Shown here: piece by piece, positions 7,811-16,738 of the stretch
Numbering within the stretch: position 1 is the first letter of the stretch
Layout: every line of letters starts with the position of its first letter
Assembly (NCBI GenBank): GCA_031411295.1
Contig: JANOAV010000071.1
Coordinates: forward strand, 1-28,330
DNA: 28,330 nt
Reading direction: 5' to 3'
Source: Verrucomicrobiales bacterium
Lineage (GTDB): Bacteria; Verrucomicrobiota; Verrucomicrobiia; Verrucomicrobiales; V1-33
The notes under the pieces: model-generated
Seen by the model: only the letters and a program-made list of their open reading frames with translations
The model's database searches: none
What the model was told of the DNA's origin: nothing
Made by a program: the position numbers and the translations under genes

Positions 7811-8836
7811 ATGCTCCAGCCGACTCCCCGCATCTCACCTCCAGTTTCCCTGCCAGACGAACTTGTTTTCCCGTTCGCCCTGGTGGCGGACAAACTGCTG
7901 CTGGTCGAGGAACAAATCCAAGCGCAGGCCAATGCGTTCGATCCCGGGGTGGCTGGCTATGTGGAATATGTTTGCAGCACGAGTGGCAAACGCATCCGGC
8001 CAGCCCTGGCGATCCTTGCCGCTGGGGCCTGCGGAGGAACGGAGGAGAATGCCATTAAACTGGGCATCGTCTTAGAACTGATCCACCTCGCCAGTTTGGT
8101 GCACGACGACATTATGGACGGAGCTACCATCCGCCGCAATGCTCCTACGGCCGCGGTGAAATGGGGCCACTCGCTCAGCGTCTTGCTGGGGGATTGTCTT
8201 TTCGCCCACGCCCTGGAAGTAGCCGCCAGTTTCCCCGGAAACCATATCAGCCGCAAAATCGCGCGCGCCTCAAACGACGTTTGTTCGGGCGAAATTTTGC
8301 AAACGCAACGGCGGTTCGATTTCAACCTTTCGCTGGAGGAGTATTTCAAAATCATCCGCATGAAAACAGCGGCGTTGTTTTCGAGCGCGACTGAACTTTC
8401 GGCCCACCTCGCTGGTGCCTCGGAAGAAGTCCAAGCCGCCATGCAAACGTATGGTGAAGCACTCGGTATCGCCTACCAAATCTACGACGATGTGCTGGAC
8501 CTCGTCGGAGACGAATCAAAGATTGGCAAGACCCTCGGCACCGATCTCATCAAGGGCAAACTCACGCTGCCGATCCTTTACTTGCGGGACATGGCCACCG
8601 AAGGGCAGAAGCAGAAGTTGAACAAGCTGATGCTCCAGCACGAACCCATCGAAGTGAACGTGCTGGCAGGCATTGCCGATTACGAGGGAGCGATTGAGCG
8701 CGCCATCAGGACCGCGCGAGATTATTTGCACACGGCCCGCACCGCATTGGAAATTCTGCCCAGCACGGACGAACGCATGGCCATGGAAGGCATTACGCGC
8801 TATTTGGATCGCTTGCTGGACAAATGTAGCGGATAG
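7811..8836 (+). CDS. ispB: Polyprenyl (octaprenyl-like) diphosphate synthase
   Basis: GKRIRP, ELIHLASLVHDDIMD...RR, KTA and YQIYDDVLD motifs. ATG 7811 or 7748 is more plausible than the 7538 ORF start. Confidence 0.88.
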   Translation: MLQPTPRISPPVSLPDELVFPFALVADKLLLVEEQIQAQANAFDPGVAGYVEYVCSTSGKRIRPALAILAAGACGGTEENAIKLGIVLELIHLASLVHDDIMDGATIRRNAPTAAVKWGHSLSVLLGDCLFAHALEVAASFPGNHISRKIARASNDVCSGEILQTQRRFDFNLSLEEYFKIIRMKTAALFSSATELSAHLAGASEEVQAAMQTYGEALGIAYQIYDDVLDLVGDESKIGKTLGTDLIKGKLTLPILYLRDMATEGQKQKLNKLMLQHEPIEVNVLAGIADYEGAIERAIRTARDYLHTARTALEILPSTDERMAMEGITRYLDRLLDKCSG

Positions 8837-8844
8837 GAAACGGC

Positions 8845-9876
8845 ATGAACCGTGCCCTTTTCATCCTCCTGACCCTAGCCACGAGCCTGGTCTCAGCGGA
8901 GCCCATGATCCATGAATTTCAGTCACCCCACATGGGCTGTCTGTTTACGTTCAAAATTGTGGACGAGGACGAATCGCACGCCAGCAAGGCGGCCCAGGCT
9001 GGGTTTGCCCGGGTGCGGGAGTTGGACGCAGCCTTCAGCGACTACCAGCCTAACAGCCAACTTTCACAGCTCAGTGCCACCGCCGGTCAGACTGCATTAG
9101 TCCCCCTGAAGGATGATCTTCAGCGTATCCTGGCCGACTCTGCACGGCTTTGGAAATGGAGCGATGGAGCCTTCGACATCACGCTGGGAGCCTGCACCAA
9201 GCTCTGGCGGGCCTCCCGCAAATCACCCCAACTGCCGAACGCAGAGTCCATCTCCGTGGCTCGGGCTACGGCGGGATTTGAGAAACTCCAGTTTTCACCC
9301 GATGGACACAGTGTAAAACTTACCCAGGCCGGGACCATGCTGGACCTTGGTGGCATCGCTAAAGGCTTCGCGCTGGATGAAGTCACCAGGTTACTAAAAA
9401 CGGAGTTTCACCTGAGCAATTTCATGTTGGATGCTGGCGGGCAGATTGCAGCGGTCGGTCACCCTCCGGGGCGCGAAGCTTGGGGCTTGGCGATCGAAAA
9501 GCTGCCGAGCGAGTCACCCGCCTCCCCCACCCTGGTGTTGAAACTGAAGGATCGCCATTTGGCTACCTCAGGTGATTTACACCAAAGCGTCTTGATCGAC
9601 GGTCAATCCTACGCCCACATCATCGACCCCAAAACTGGTCTTGGCCTAACTTACACGGTGCAAGCCAGCGTGATTGCTCTGGACGGCACCACCGCCGATG
9701 CCGTGGCCACAGCCTTGTGCTTGCTGCCGGAGACGCTCGCATTGGAGAAACTGCGCGCCCTTCCAGGAGTCGAAGCCCGCGTGCTTAGGCAAAGACAAGG
9801 CGAGCCCCTAGCCATGTGGCAAACCCCGGGCTGGGCCGCCTATCTGGCCAAGCCGGAATCGCCCTCTAGCAGGTAA
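8845..9876 (+). CDS. apbE: FAD:protein FMN transferase
   Basis: Signal peptide; motifs SDGAFDIT, LDLGGIAKGFALD, ATSGD, HIIDPKTG and ADAVATA. Confidence 0.92.
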   Translation: MNRALFILLTLATSLVSAEPMIHEFQSPHMGCLFTFKIVDEDESHASKAAQAGFARVRELDAAFSDYQPNSQLSQLSATAGQTALVPLKDDLQRILADSARLWKWSDGAFDITLGACTKLWRASRKSPQLPNAESISVARATAGFEKLQFSPDGHSVKLTQAGTMLDLGGIAKGFALDEVTRLLKTEFHLSNFMLDAGGQIAAVGHPPGREAWGLAIEKLPSESPASPTLVLKLKDRHLATSGDLHQSVLIDGQSYAHIIDPKTGLGLTYTVQASVIALDGTTADAVATALCLLPETLALEKLRALPGVEARVLRQRQGEPLAMWQTPGWAAYLAKPESPSSR

Positions 9877-9906
9877 TAAATCCAAGTTACGCCACACTTG
9901 CTGGAG

Positions 9907-11349
9907 CTACTTTTTGGGCTGGGGAGCTAGGGGCGTTTCCTTTTTGTCAGAGTTGTCCGGGCGGAGGAACATGCGGCCCTCTTTGTAGTTAATCACCGCA
10001 TCCAGTTGGCGCAAAAAATCCGCCCCGAAGATGGCATCATGGTTTCCCTTAACCAAGCCAGCGTCGCTCTTGAAAAGATCCGCTGTCAGCAATTCCCGAT
10101 TCTCAATCACCGCATCGCCCAAGCGCAGCACGGGCACTTTAGTCCGTGCCGCCGGGGCCGTGCCGCCAATACCTTGGATGATCTGATCCATCGGCCCCAT
10201 GTCAAGTTTGGCGCGCTGAGCGAATTCCAAGTGAAAACAGCCGCTGTAAGCACCAGTATCAATCAAAAAAATCGCCTTGGTCTCACCCACGCTGCCGTCC
10301 ACCAAGATATGATTCCCGTCCAACCGATATTCAAATGATTGGTAACTCCGCAACTCCAGCAACTCCTTAACCGTGAGCGTGCGGAATTCGGGATTTTTCG
10401 CCAAGTCATCGCGCAGTTTACTCCACTTATCCACAATGGCACGGTCCGCTGGACTGAGGCGCTCCAGTGCCAGCGGGGCCGGCTTGGGATTGTTTTGGAT
10501 GCGGAAGATGGCCTCTTTTTCGTTCTTGTCGCTCAAGGCACCCACGAACGATTTTCCGTCCACCATCGACCACCGACGAAATTCTGCGGCCACTTGTTTG
10601 GCTTCTGGTTTAGCGGCCGCGGGCGTTTCCGGTTTAAGGAACATCCGGCCTTCCCGATAGGAAATGACCGCGTCCATTTCCCGTAAAAAATCCGCCCCCA
10701 AGATCCCGCCACTTTCCTTGGGGTTGAAACCAGCCGGGGTGAGATCGGCTGCCAGGAGCTTGCGATTGGTCACTTGCACGTCACCCAACTTGATCAGCGG
10801 CACTTTGACCACCGCAGCGGGCGCTTCCCCCGCTACGCCCCGAATTCTTTGATCAAAGGGGCCGATCTCGAGTCCCGCTTCCTTGGCTGATTCCACATGC
10901 AGCAGGGAACTCTGGGCACCGGTGTCCACCATCAAATTCATGGTCTTGGAGTTGATCTGGGTCTCCACGTAAATGTGATTCCCCTTAATATCGAATTCGA
11001 AGCTCTGGTATCCCCGAAGTTCCAGCAATTCCTTCACTGTCACCTTGGAGAACTCTGCATTGTTCATGAGTTCATCTTTGAACTTGGTCCAGCGACGGAC
11101 GAATTGTTGATCCGGCTCACTCAGATCAGAGATGCGGGCGGTCTTCACGCCGCCTTCCTGGAGCTTGAACGTCACGGCGGAGTCGGTGCGGGATTGCACC
11201 GCCGCATAGAACGTCTTGCCGTCTTTGCCGGCATACCTGCGGAAGGCCGAAGCCTGTTGGGCAGGGAGGGACGATAAGGCAGCGAAAACGCCCATCAAAG
11301 CGCAAAACGCCAGACGAGACCTGAATGGGAAGAAGTGGAAACCGTGCAT
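9907..11349 (-). CDS. Exported protein with duplicated [SHD1-like + retropepsin-like aspartyl protease] modules
   Basis: Signal peptide. Two SHD1-like segments (RRYAGKDGKTF..DLSEPDQQFV; RRWSMVDGKSF..RLSPADRAIV), each followed by an aspartyl protease domain (LMVDTGA..GILGADFL; FLIDTGA..AIFGADFL). Confidence 0.8.
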   Translation of the reverse strand: MHGFHFFPFRSRLAFCALMGVFAALSSLPAQQASAFRRYAGKDGKTFYAAVQSRTDSAVTFKLQEGGVKTARISDLSEPDQQFVRRWTKFKDELMNNAEFSKVTVKELLELRGYQSFEFDIKGNHIYVETQINSKTMNLMVDTGAQSSLLHVESAKEAGLEIGPFDQRIRGVAGEAPAAVVKVPLIKLGDVQVTNRKLLAADLTPAGFNPKESGGILGADFLREMDAVISYREGRMFLKPETPAAAKPEAKQVAAEFRRWSMVDGKSFVGALSDKNEKEAIFRIQNNPKPAPLALERLSPADRAIVDKWSKLRDDLAKNPEFRTLTVKELLELRSYQSFEYRLDGNHILVDGSVGETKAIFLIDTGAYSGCFHLEFAQRAKLDMGPMDQIIQGIGGTAPAARTKVPVLRLGDAVIENRELLTADLFKSDAGLVKGNHDAIFGADFLRQLDAVINYKEGRMFLRPDNSDKKETPLAPQPKK

Positions 11350-11493
11350 CGCTCATTGGCATAGCATGGAAACTTCCCATCGTGCAAGATGAAATACGGA
11401 ATCCTTGGTCCACAAAACGAATTCCCACTTTTGCTCCAAAAATGTAAATATTTCAGATGGACAGAACTTGACCAGCGGATGTTTATTGAGTGC

Positions 11494-12783
11494 ATGAATA
11501 AATTCCGTCTCCTTTCACCACTAGCATTGATTGTCCTGGGCCTGACTTCATCCTCCTTATGCGCGCTGGAATCACGTCAATGGACGAGCACGACGGGCGG
11601 CTCCATTGAGGCGGAGTTGGTGCGGGTGGATGGAGATAAAGTGGTGCTCAAGGACAAGACGGGGCGTGAGGTGGTGGTGAAACGCTCCCAGCTCAGTCAG
11701 GGTGACTTGCGTTACATTACCGAGTTTGGCCCCAAAGGAGGCAACACCCTGGGGCAGGCTCCGGTCAAGCCCGGGGCCACTCCCAATCCCGGTAAGGACG
11801 CGAAAATCGACCAGAAAACCTTCGTCAAACGGACTGAGCGATTCACCATCCCCGAGTGCAGCTTTGAAGTCTTAGCGACGCCGCATTTCCTGGTGCTGCA
11901 TCCAGATAAAGTCGATGCCGCCGATGTCGGAGAAACGGCGGAACGGATTTGGTTGGACATGGCTTTTTTCCATCCCGGTTTCGCCCAGAAATTCAAGGAC
12001 CGCCGCATGGCCATTTTCCTGGTGGAAGAACAGGATACCTACGAAAACATCGGGAAATGGTATGCCGAAATGATTAAGACCTCAGGCGCGCCCAATGCCG
12101 AGGAGGTGGCGCTCGGACTCCTAGCCAAGTGGGGTAAAGCCAGTGCTGGTAATATCAATCTGACTCAGGAGATTGCGGACAAAAATGAAGTCCTGAAATA
12201 CGCCCGGGTCTTCCGTTCCACCACCGGAACGGACAAGAAGAAGGAGAAAATCAAAGGAGTGTTCGTGCCCTTCCGCCTGCATTGTTTGGCTGCGGACATG
12301 ATGAACATTCACACGGGCGGCGTGCAGGGGTTCGGCTCCAAGGGACTTTTCGCCATCAGCACGGGTCACGCCTATTATAAGGAAGTGCTCCTGAGCGGAC
12401 GCTCCGAAACCAACATGCTCCGGGAGGACGGAGGCACCGGTCACACGGTCACTTCCACGGGCGGCTTCGATCCCAGCAAGAACTGGGCGGATGAGATTAA
12501 GAAGCTGCTCCGCCGGGACAAATTAACCCCTGACATTCAGAAACTTTACGACACCACAGACACTGGTGCCAATCAGGATTCCAACGTTTTGGCCTACGCC
12601 TTCTCCCGCTACCTGCAAAGCAATACGGACCGCGTGGCCAATTACGCCAAGCTCCTGGAAAAAATCGATACCGCCAGCCAGATCCCAGACCCCGCCGATC
12701 TCGCCAAACTCTATGGCTTTGCCGACACCGCCGCCATGCAGGCAGATTGGATTGCCTACATGAAGAGCGGAGATTTTAAATGA
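11494..12783 (+). CDS. Exported SHD1 domain protein with a probable degenerate gluzincin/peptidase-MA-like C-terminal domain
   Basis: Signal peptide from MNKFRLL (ATG 11494). RQWTSTTGGSIEAELV...KDKTGREVVVKRSQLSQGDLRYI is a typical SHD1 pattern. TPHF, LHCLAAD and ISTGHAYYKE echo the T-HF, HExxH and EG-A-Y positions of MA-like peptidases. Confidence 0.65.
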   Translation: MNKFRLLSPLALIVLGLTSSSLCALESRQWTSTTGGSIEAELVRVDGDKVVLKDKTGREVVVKRSQLSQGDLRYITEFGPKGGNTLGQAPVKPGATPNPGKDAKIDQKTFVKRTERFTIPECSFEVLATPHFLVLHPDKVDAADVGETAERIWLDMAFFHPGFAQKFKDRRMAIFLVEEQDTYENIGKWYAEMIKTSGAPNAEEVALGLLAKWGKASAGNINLTQEIADKNEVLKYARVFRSTTGTDKKKEKIKGVFVPFRLHCLAADMMNIHTGGVQGFGSKGLFAISTGHAYYKEVLLSGRSETNMLREDGGTGHTVTSTGGFDPSKNWADEIKKLLRRDKLTPDIQKLYDTTDTGANQDSNVLAYAFSRYLQSNTDRVANYAKLLEKIDTASQIPDPADLAKLYGFADTAAMQADWIAYMKSGDFK

Positions 12784-12787
12784 TGCC

Positions 12788-12810
12788 GGAGGGTGGACCT
12801 TCGGTCCACC
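12788..12810. repeat. Single REP-like hairpin between convergent genes
   Basis: GGAG followed by the perfect 8-bp stem GGTGGACC-TTC-GGTCCACC; no U-tract. Confidence 0.5.
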
Positions 12811-12849
12811 AGGATACTAGCGCCCCCCAGACTGCTTCCACTCTCGAAT

Positions 12850-13194
12850 TTACCTGAGCTTGCGCACATTGCGCAGCCCATCCGCGGAGACTTTCGGGGC
12901 CTCGACAAAGGCGATTTGATCCTGATAGTTCTGCCATTGCATGGGACGCAGTGTCCGCAGTCCGAAGCTGCTGCCAGTAATATTCGGATCGTAAATTTCC
13001 CAACCGAACTGACTTTTGCGATTCCCGTATTCCAAGCGGTGCATCCACGCCCCGAATTCGTCCTTCCGCCACAGCGCTTCGTCATTGCCCGGCAGCATCT
13101 GAGCAAGACTCCAGACATGATCCACCACGGTGCGATCATACGTTGGATTGTCCCACTGGGTCTCCTCGGGAGTGGACATGTAGGTGCAAGCCAA
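12850..13194 (-). CDS. Small HNH-derived protein, probably catalytically inactive
   Basis: VW..PG.D..WRKD..GAW..R..YGNR.S..GWEI..LRPMQWQN resembles a family of small HNH proteins, but the usual WEIDHI reads WEIYDP. Confidence 0.6.
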   Translation of the reverse strand: MACTYMSTPEETQWDNPTYDRTVVDHVWSLAQMLPGNDEALWRKDEFGAWMHRLEYGNRKSQFGWEIYDPNITGSSFGLRTLRPMQWQNYQDQIAFVEAPKVSADGLRNVRKLR

Positions 13195-13196
13195 GG

Positions 13197-13931
13197 CTAG
13201 TTTTGCGTTCCGAAAATATAGTTATTCCAGACCTCTGCCAGGGGAGCAAATTCCACGCTATGCGCGATGCGACCTTCATTGGCGGGAATGTAAGTCGTGC
13301 TAGTCCCATAGACCATCAGCAAATCGCTCGTGCTGCCACAGCGAATCGCGTGGGCCACGCCAGCCGGAATCACCACGCCCACGTTGTTGGCCCCGGGAAG
13401 ATCATCTCCATAGATCATGAAACGCATGACATTGCGCGGCATTCCCGGACGCTCATCCACCAGGATCATTTCCGCAATCCCTTGGACGAAGAACATGGCA
13501 TCCCATTGTTCGTGATCGTAGGGGCGCAGCGCGTAATTGGTTGGCTCTTGGACGAACAATTTCTGGAACCAAGCTGCTGGTTCCTCTCCTGCTGGGATAT
13601 GCGGCGGATGAATATGAAATCCTTTGGCTGTGCCGCCAAACATCCGGGCCGTGGCCCATTGTTTCGGCCACATTTGAATGTCGTGCAGCGCCCCATCCGT
13701 GGAGCGGGCAAACTCACCAAAGAATCCCCGATGCGGCTGGGCATACACATTGCGGGAGAACACCATGACGCCAGGGATTCCAGCTGAGCCCAGATCTTTG
13801 CCGGCAATTTCCCGTGCTTCCACGCCCACCGTGGCGAGTCGTTCCGCGAGCGAAGGTTTGGTATAGTCACGTTGATCAACGACCGCCTGGGCTTCCGGAC
13901 GCAGGCCTTGCCAAAATTCTGTTTTGTTCAT
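13197..13931 (-). CDS. RmlC-like cupin (dTDP-4-dehydrorhamnose 3,5-epimerase family)
   Basis: RGFFGE, KGFHIH, LVDERPG and VIPAGVAH match RmlC-type motifs. Confidence 0.72.
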   Translation of the reverse strand: MNKTEFWQGLRPEAQAVVDQRDYTKPSLAERLATVGVEAREIAGKDLGSAGIPGVMVFSRNVYAQPHRGFFGEFARSTDGALHDIQMWPKQWATARMFGGTAKGFHIHPPHIPAGEEPAAWFQKLFVQEPTNYALRPYDHEQWDAMFFVQGIAEMILVDERPGMPRNVMRFMIYGDDLPGANNVGVVIPAGVAHAIRCGSTSDLLMVYGTSTTYIPANEGRIAHSVEFAPLAEVWNNYIFGTQN

Positions 13932-13940
13932 GATGAGGGG

Positions 13941-15089
13941 TTACGAGTTGGTGAGAGGGTTGGTTTCCTCCGGCAAGCTGGAGAGGGTGGCAAACAATTG
14001 GCCGGAGGAGGTGGAGAAAAGGAAATGAGTTTCATGGTCTTGCGGCAAATTCAAGCGCCGCGTGAAGCGATAGAACGCACTCTGACGCTCCAGATACCAC
14101 AGCATGCCAAAGTCCTGCTTCCCCACCCCCATGCTTGCCGTCTGCATGATGTGGAGGAACTTCTCATCACCGAGCGGAATCGCCTGCAAACCCCAAACGA
14201 GGATCATCGTAAAGTCTCCTCCCGCGCTGAACCATTGCCACTGCACCCCTTTCGCCAGATCATCCTGCCCCCGCCGAGCGGCCACCGCCAATACATCTGC
14301 CTCAGTGCCGGAAATACCGACCCACTGCCCGCCGTTGAAACCAGCCTCCCCCATCCGCCGCAGCGCAATTGATGATGGCAGGCGACCCGGCAAAATGGAA
14401 ACGAATTCGTGGGGCAATCGGCCCAGTTTGGACCACGGGATCACCAGATAAAATTCCGTGGTTTGGCTGCCTAACGCGAAGACCGTGAGCGATTCAGGTC
14501 GCGCTTCCTCGGGCAGACGCGAACTTTCGCCAAAGACCACCTTCTCACCAATCCGCACCGAACTGTGGCCGCGCAATTTCACTACCCCCATGGTGCGATG
14601 ACATTCCTTCTGCACCTGCTCAATAACTTCCCGGTGCTCAGCCTGTTCGCGGGGGGAAAGTAACTCTAATTCATCCGGCCAGTAATTGAGCAATCCGGAA
14701 GCGGGAATGCGCGTCACGGTCAGTGGCTCTGGCGCATAGGGATCAATCGGAGCGTCGTTGATTTGCTTCACCAATTCGGGGAAAATCTCCTTCAGTTGAT
14801 GCCAATCCTCGGTGCCTTCTTCGAAGATCCAAGACTCGCCAGACGCACGCCCTTCCTGAACCCATTCCGCAATCATTTCCTTCATCACGGGCCCGAACTG
14901 CCGGCCGTTTTCAAAGCGCAGGAACCAGCGCCCGGTGCCACGACGTTTCTCCTCCAGTGCCACCTCCACCTCTGCGGGCACTCGGAAGACATAACCACAC
15001 ATCCGGCAACGAATGGCCTGACCAACCAGCGCGGGATCGTGCTGGTATTTGGTTTGGCAATTATCGCAAAGAAAAAAGGGAACGGACAT
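13941..15089 (-). CDS. Zn-ribbon + GYF_2 (DUF4339) domain protein with an unknown C-terminal domain
   Basis: N-terminal CDNC..CRMC; WFLRFENGRQFGPV..WVQEGR..WIFEEGTEDW is the GYF_2 pattern. Confidence 0.72.
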   Translation of the reverse strand: MSVPFFLCDNCQTKYQHDPALVGQAIRCRMCGYVFRVPAEVEVALEEKRRGTGRWFLRFENGRQFGPVMKEMIAEWVQEGRASGESWIFEEGTEDWHQLKEIFPELVKQINDAPIDPYAPEPLTVTRIPASGLLNYWPDELELLSPREQAEHREVIEQVQKECHRTMGVVKLRGHSSVRIGEKVVFGESSRLPEEARPESLTVFALGSQTTEFYLVIPWSKLGRLPHEFVSILPGRLPSSIALRRMGEAGFNGGQWVGISGTEADVLAVAARRGQDDLAKGVQWQWFSAGGDFTMILVWGLQAIPLGDEKFLHIMQTASMGVGKQDFGMLWYLERQSAFYRFTRRLNLPQDHETHFLFSTSSGQLFATLSSLPEETNPLTNS

Positions 15090-15205
15090 GGTGGAAATTC
15101 GACCGGAATTAGCCGGGGCTGCCAGTTAGCCCGCAGGGGACATTTTGCAATGAAGAATCCAGCTCCATCGCATGAATGAACGAGATGTGGTTTTGGCCCG
15201 CACGC

Positions 15206-16672
15206 CTATGCCAGTAGCGGCTGAATCACTTTGCCATGGACATCAGTTAGCCGGAACCGCCGTCCTTGGTATTTGAAAGTCAGTTGCTCGTGATCGATAC
15301 CCAACAAATGAAGAATCGTAGCCTGCCAGTCATGCACGTGCACCCCATCGCTAGCAATATTGTAACTGTAATCATCCGTTTCCCCGTGGGAATAGCCCGC
15401 ACGGAAACCGCCTCCAGTGGCCCACCCGGTGAAACATCGGGGATGATGATCGCGCCCGTAATCCGTGGCAGTGAGTTTACCCTGACTGTAAGCCGTGCGC
15501 CCGAATTCACCACCCCAGAGCACCATGGTATCGTCTAGCAATCCACGTTGCTTCAAATCTGTCACCAAGGCCGCACACGCGCGATCCGTTTGCTTCGTTT
15601 CCGTTCTAATCCCGCCGGGCAATCCGCCATGGTGATCCCAGTCCTGATGGAACAATTGCACGAATCGCACCCCACGTTCAATCATCCGACGGGCCAGCAG
15701 ACAGTTCGCAGCAAAGGTTCCAGGCTCTTTCGCCTCCGGTCCATATAACTCGAAAATGGAATCGGGTTCACCGCTTAAGTCGGTCACTTCAGGCACACTG
15801 GACTGCATGCGGTAAGCCATTTCATACTGTGCAATGCGGTCGCTTATTTCCGGATCCATCGTTTCCGCCAATTCCGCGCGATGCATTTCTTCCAAGCGAT
15901 CCAGGAACTTGCGACGTTGCGGACCGCTGACCCCCGAGGGATTTTGGAGAAACATCACGGCCTCTTTGCTGGAGAGGAATTTCACCCCTTGATGGCTCGC
16001 AGGCAGGAATCCACTGCCCCACAAGCGCGCGTAAAGCGGCTGACCGCCCTTGCCCTTGGTAACCAAAACGCTAAACGCTGGCAGGTTATCATTTTCGCTC
16101 CCCAGCCCATAGCTCAGCCAGGAGCCCAGCGAGGGTCGGCCCGCAATCTGGCTTCCGGTCATGAAGAACGTGATGGCCGGATCGTGATTGATCGCCTCGG
16201 TATTAAGCGTTTTGATGATGCAAAGGTCGTCCACCACCTTGGCCGTCTGCGGCAGCAATTCGCTCACCCACGTCTGCGATTGCCCATGCTGCCCGAATTT
16301 AAAAATGGAGCCTGCTAGGGGCAGGGAAGCTTGATTTCCTGACATCCCCGTCAGCCGTTGCCCTTGGCGCACGGAGTCCGGGAGTTCCTTGCCGTTGTCC
16401 TGCATCAACCGTGGTTTGTAGTCCCACAAATCCATCTGGCTGGGGCCACCGCTCATAAAAAGATAAATCGCCCGTTTCGCCTTGGGAGTAGCGTGAGGTT
16501 TCCCCAGTATCCCCCGCCCCGCCGCCAACGAGGCTTCATCCGCCCGTGACTCATCCCGCCCCAGCAAGCCCGCCAAGGCCAGACTTCCCAGCCCCAGACT
16601 GGAGCGAGAAAAGAACGCGCGACGATTCGTCAGCAGTCCCGGATGATTTTGAAAATTGAAATCCATGACCAT
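15206..16672 (-). CDS. DUF1501 family protein (sulfatase-like, twin-arginine signal)
   Basis: NRRAFF twin-Arg leader; KAKRAIYLFMSGGPSQMDLWDYKP, CLLARRMIERGVRFVQ, WDHH, GEFGRT, GRDHHP and RLTDVHG. Confidence 0.92.
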   Translation of the reverse strand: MVMDFNFQNHPGLLTNRRAFFSRSSLGLGSLALAGLLGRDESRADEASLAAGRGILGKPHATPKAKRAIYLFMSGGPSQMDLWDYKPRLMQDNGKELPDSVRQGQRLTGMSGNQASLPLAGSIFKFGQHGQSQTWVSELLPQTAKVVDDLCIIKTLNTEAINHDPAITFFMTGSQIAGRPSLGSWLSYGLGSENDNLPAFSVLVTKGKGGQPLYARLWGSGFLPASHQGVKFLSSKEAVMFLQNPSGVSGPQRRKFLDRLEEMHRAELAETMDPEISDRIAQYEMAYRMQSSVPEVTDLSGEPDSIFELYGPEAKEPGTFAANCLLARRMIERGVRFVQLFHQDWDHHGGLPGGIRTETKQTDRACAALVTDLKQRGLLDDTMVLWGGEFGRTAYSQGKLTATDYGRDHHPRCFTGWATGGGFRAGYSHGETDDYSYNIASDGVHVHDWQATILHLLGIDHEQLTFKYQGRRFRLTDVHGKVIQPLLA

Positions 16673-16738
16673 CCATCTGCCCGGCCCGACCGAAATTCAA
16701 CCGTAGCCAAGTCCCTTTTCTGCGCATATTCTGGTGAC

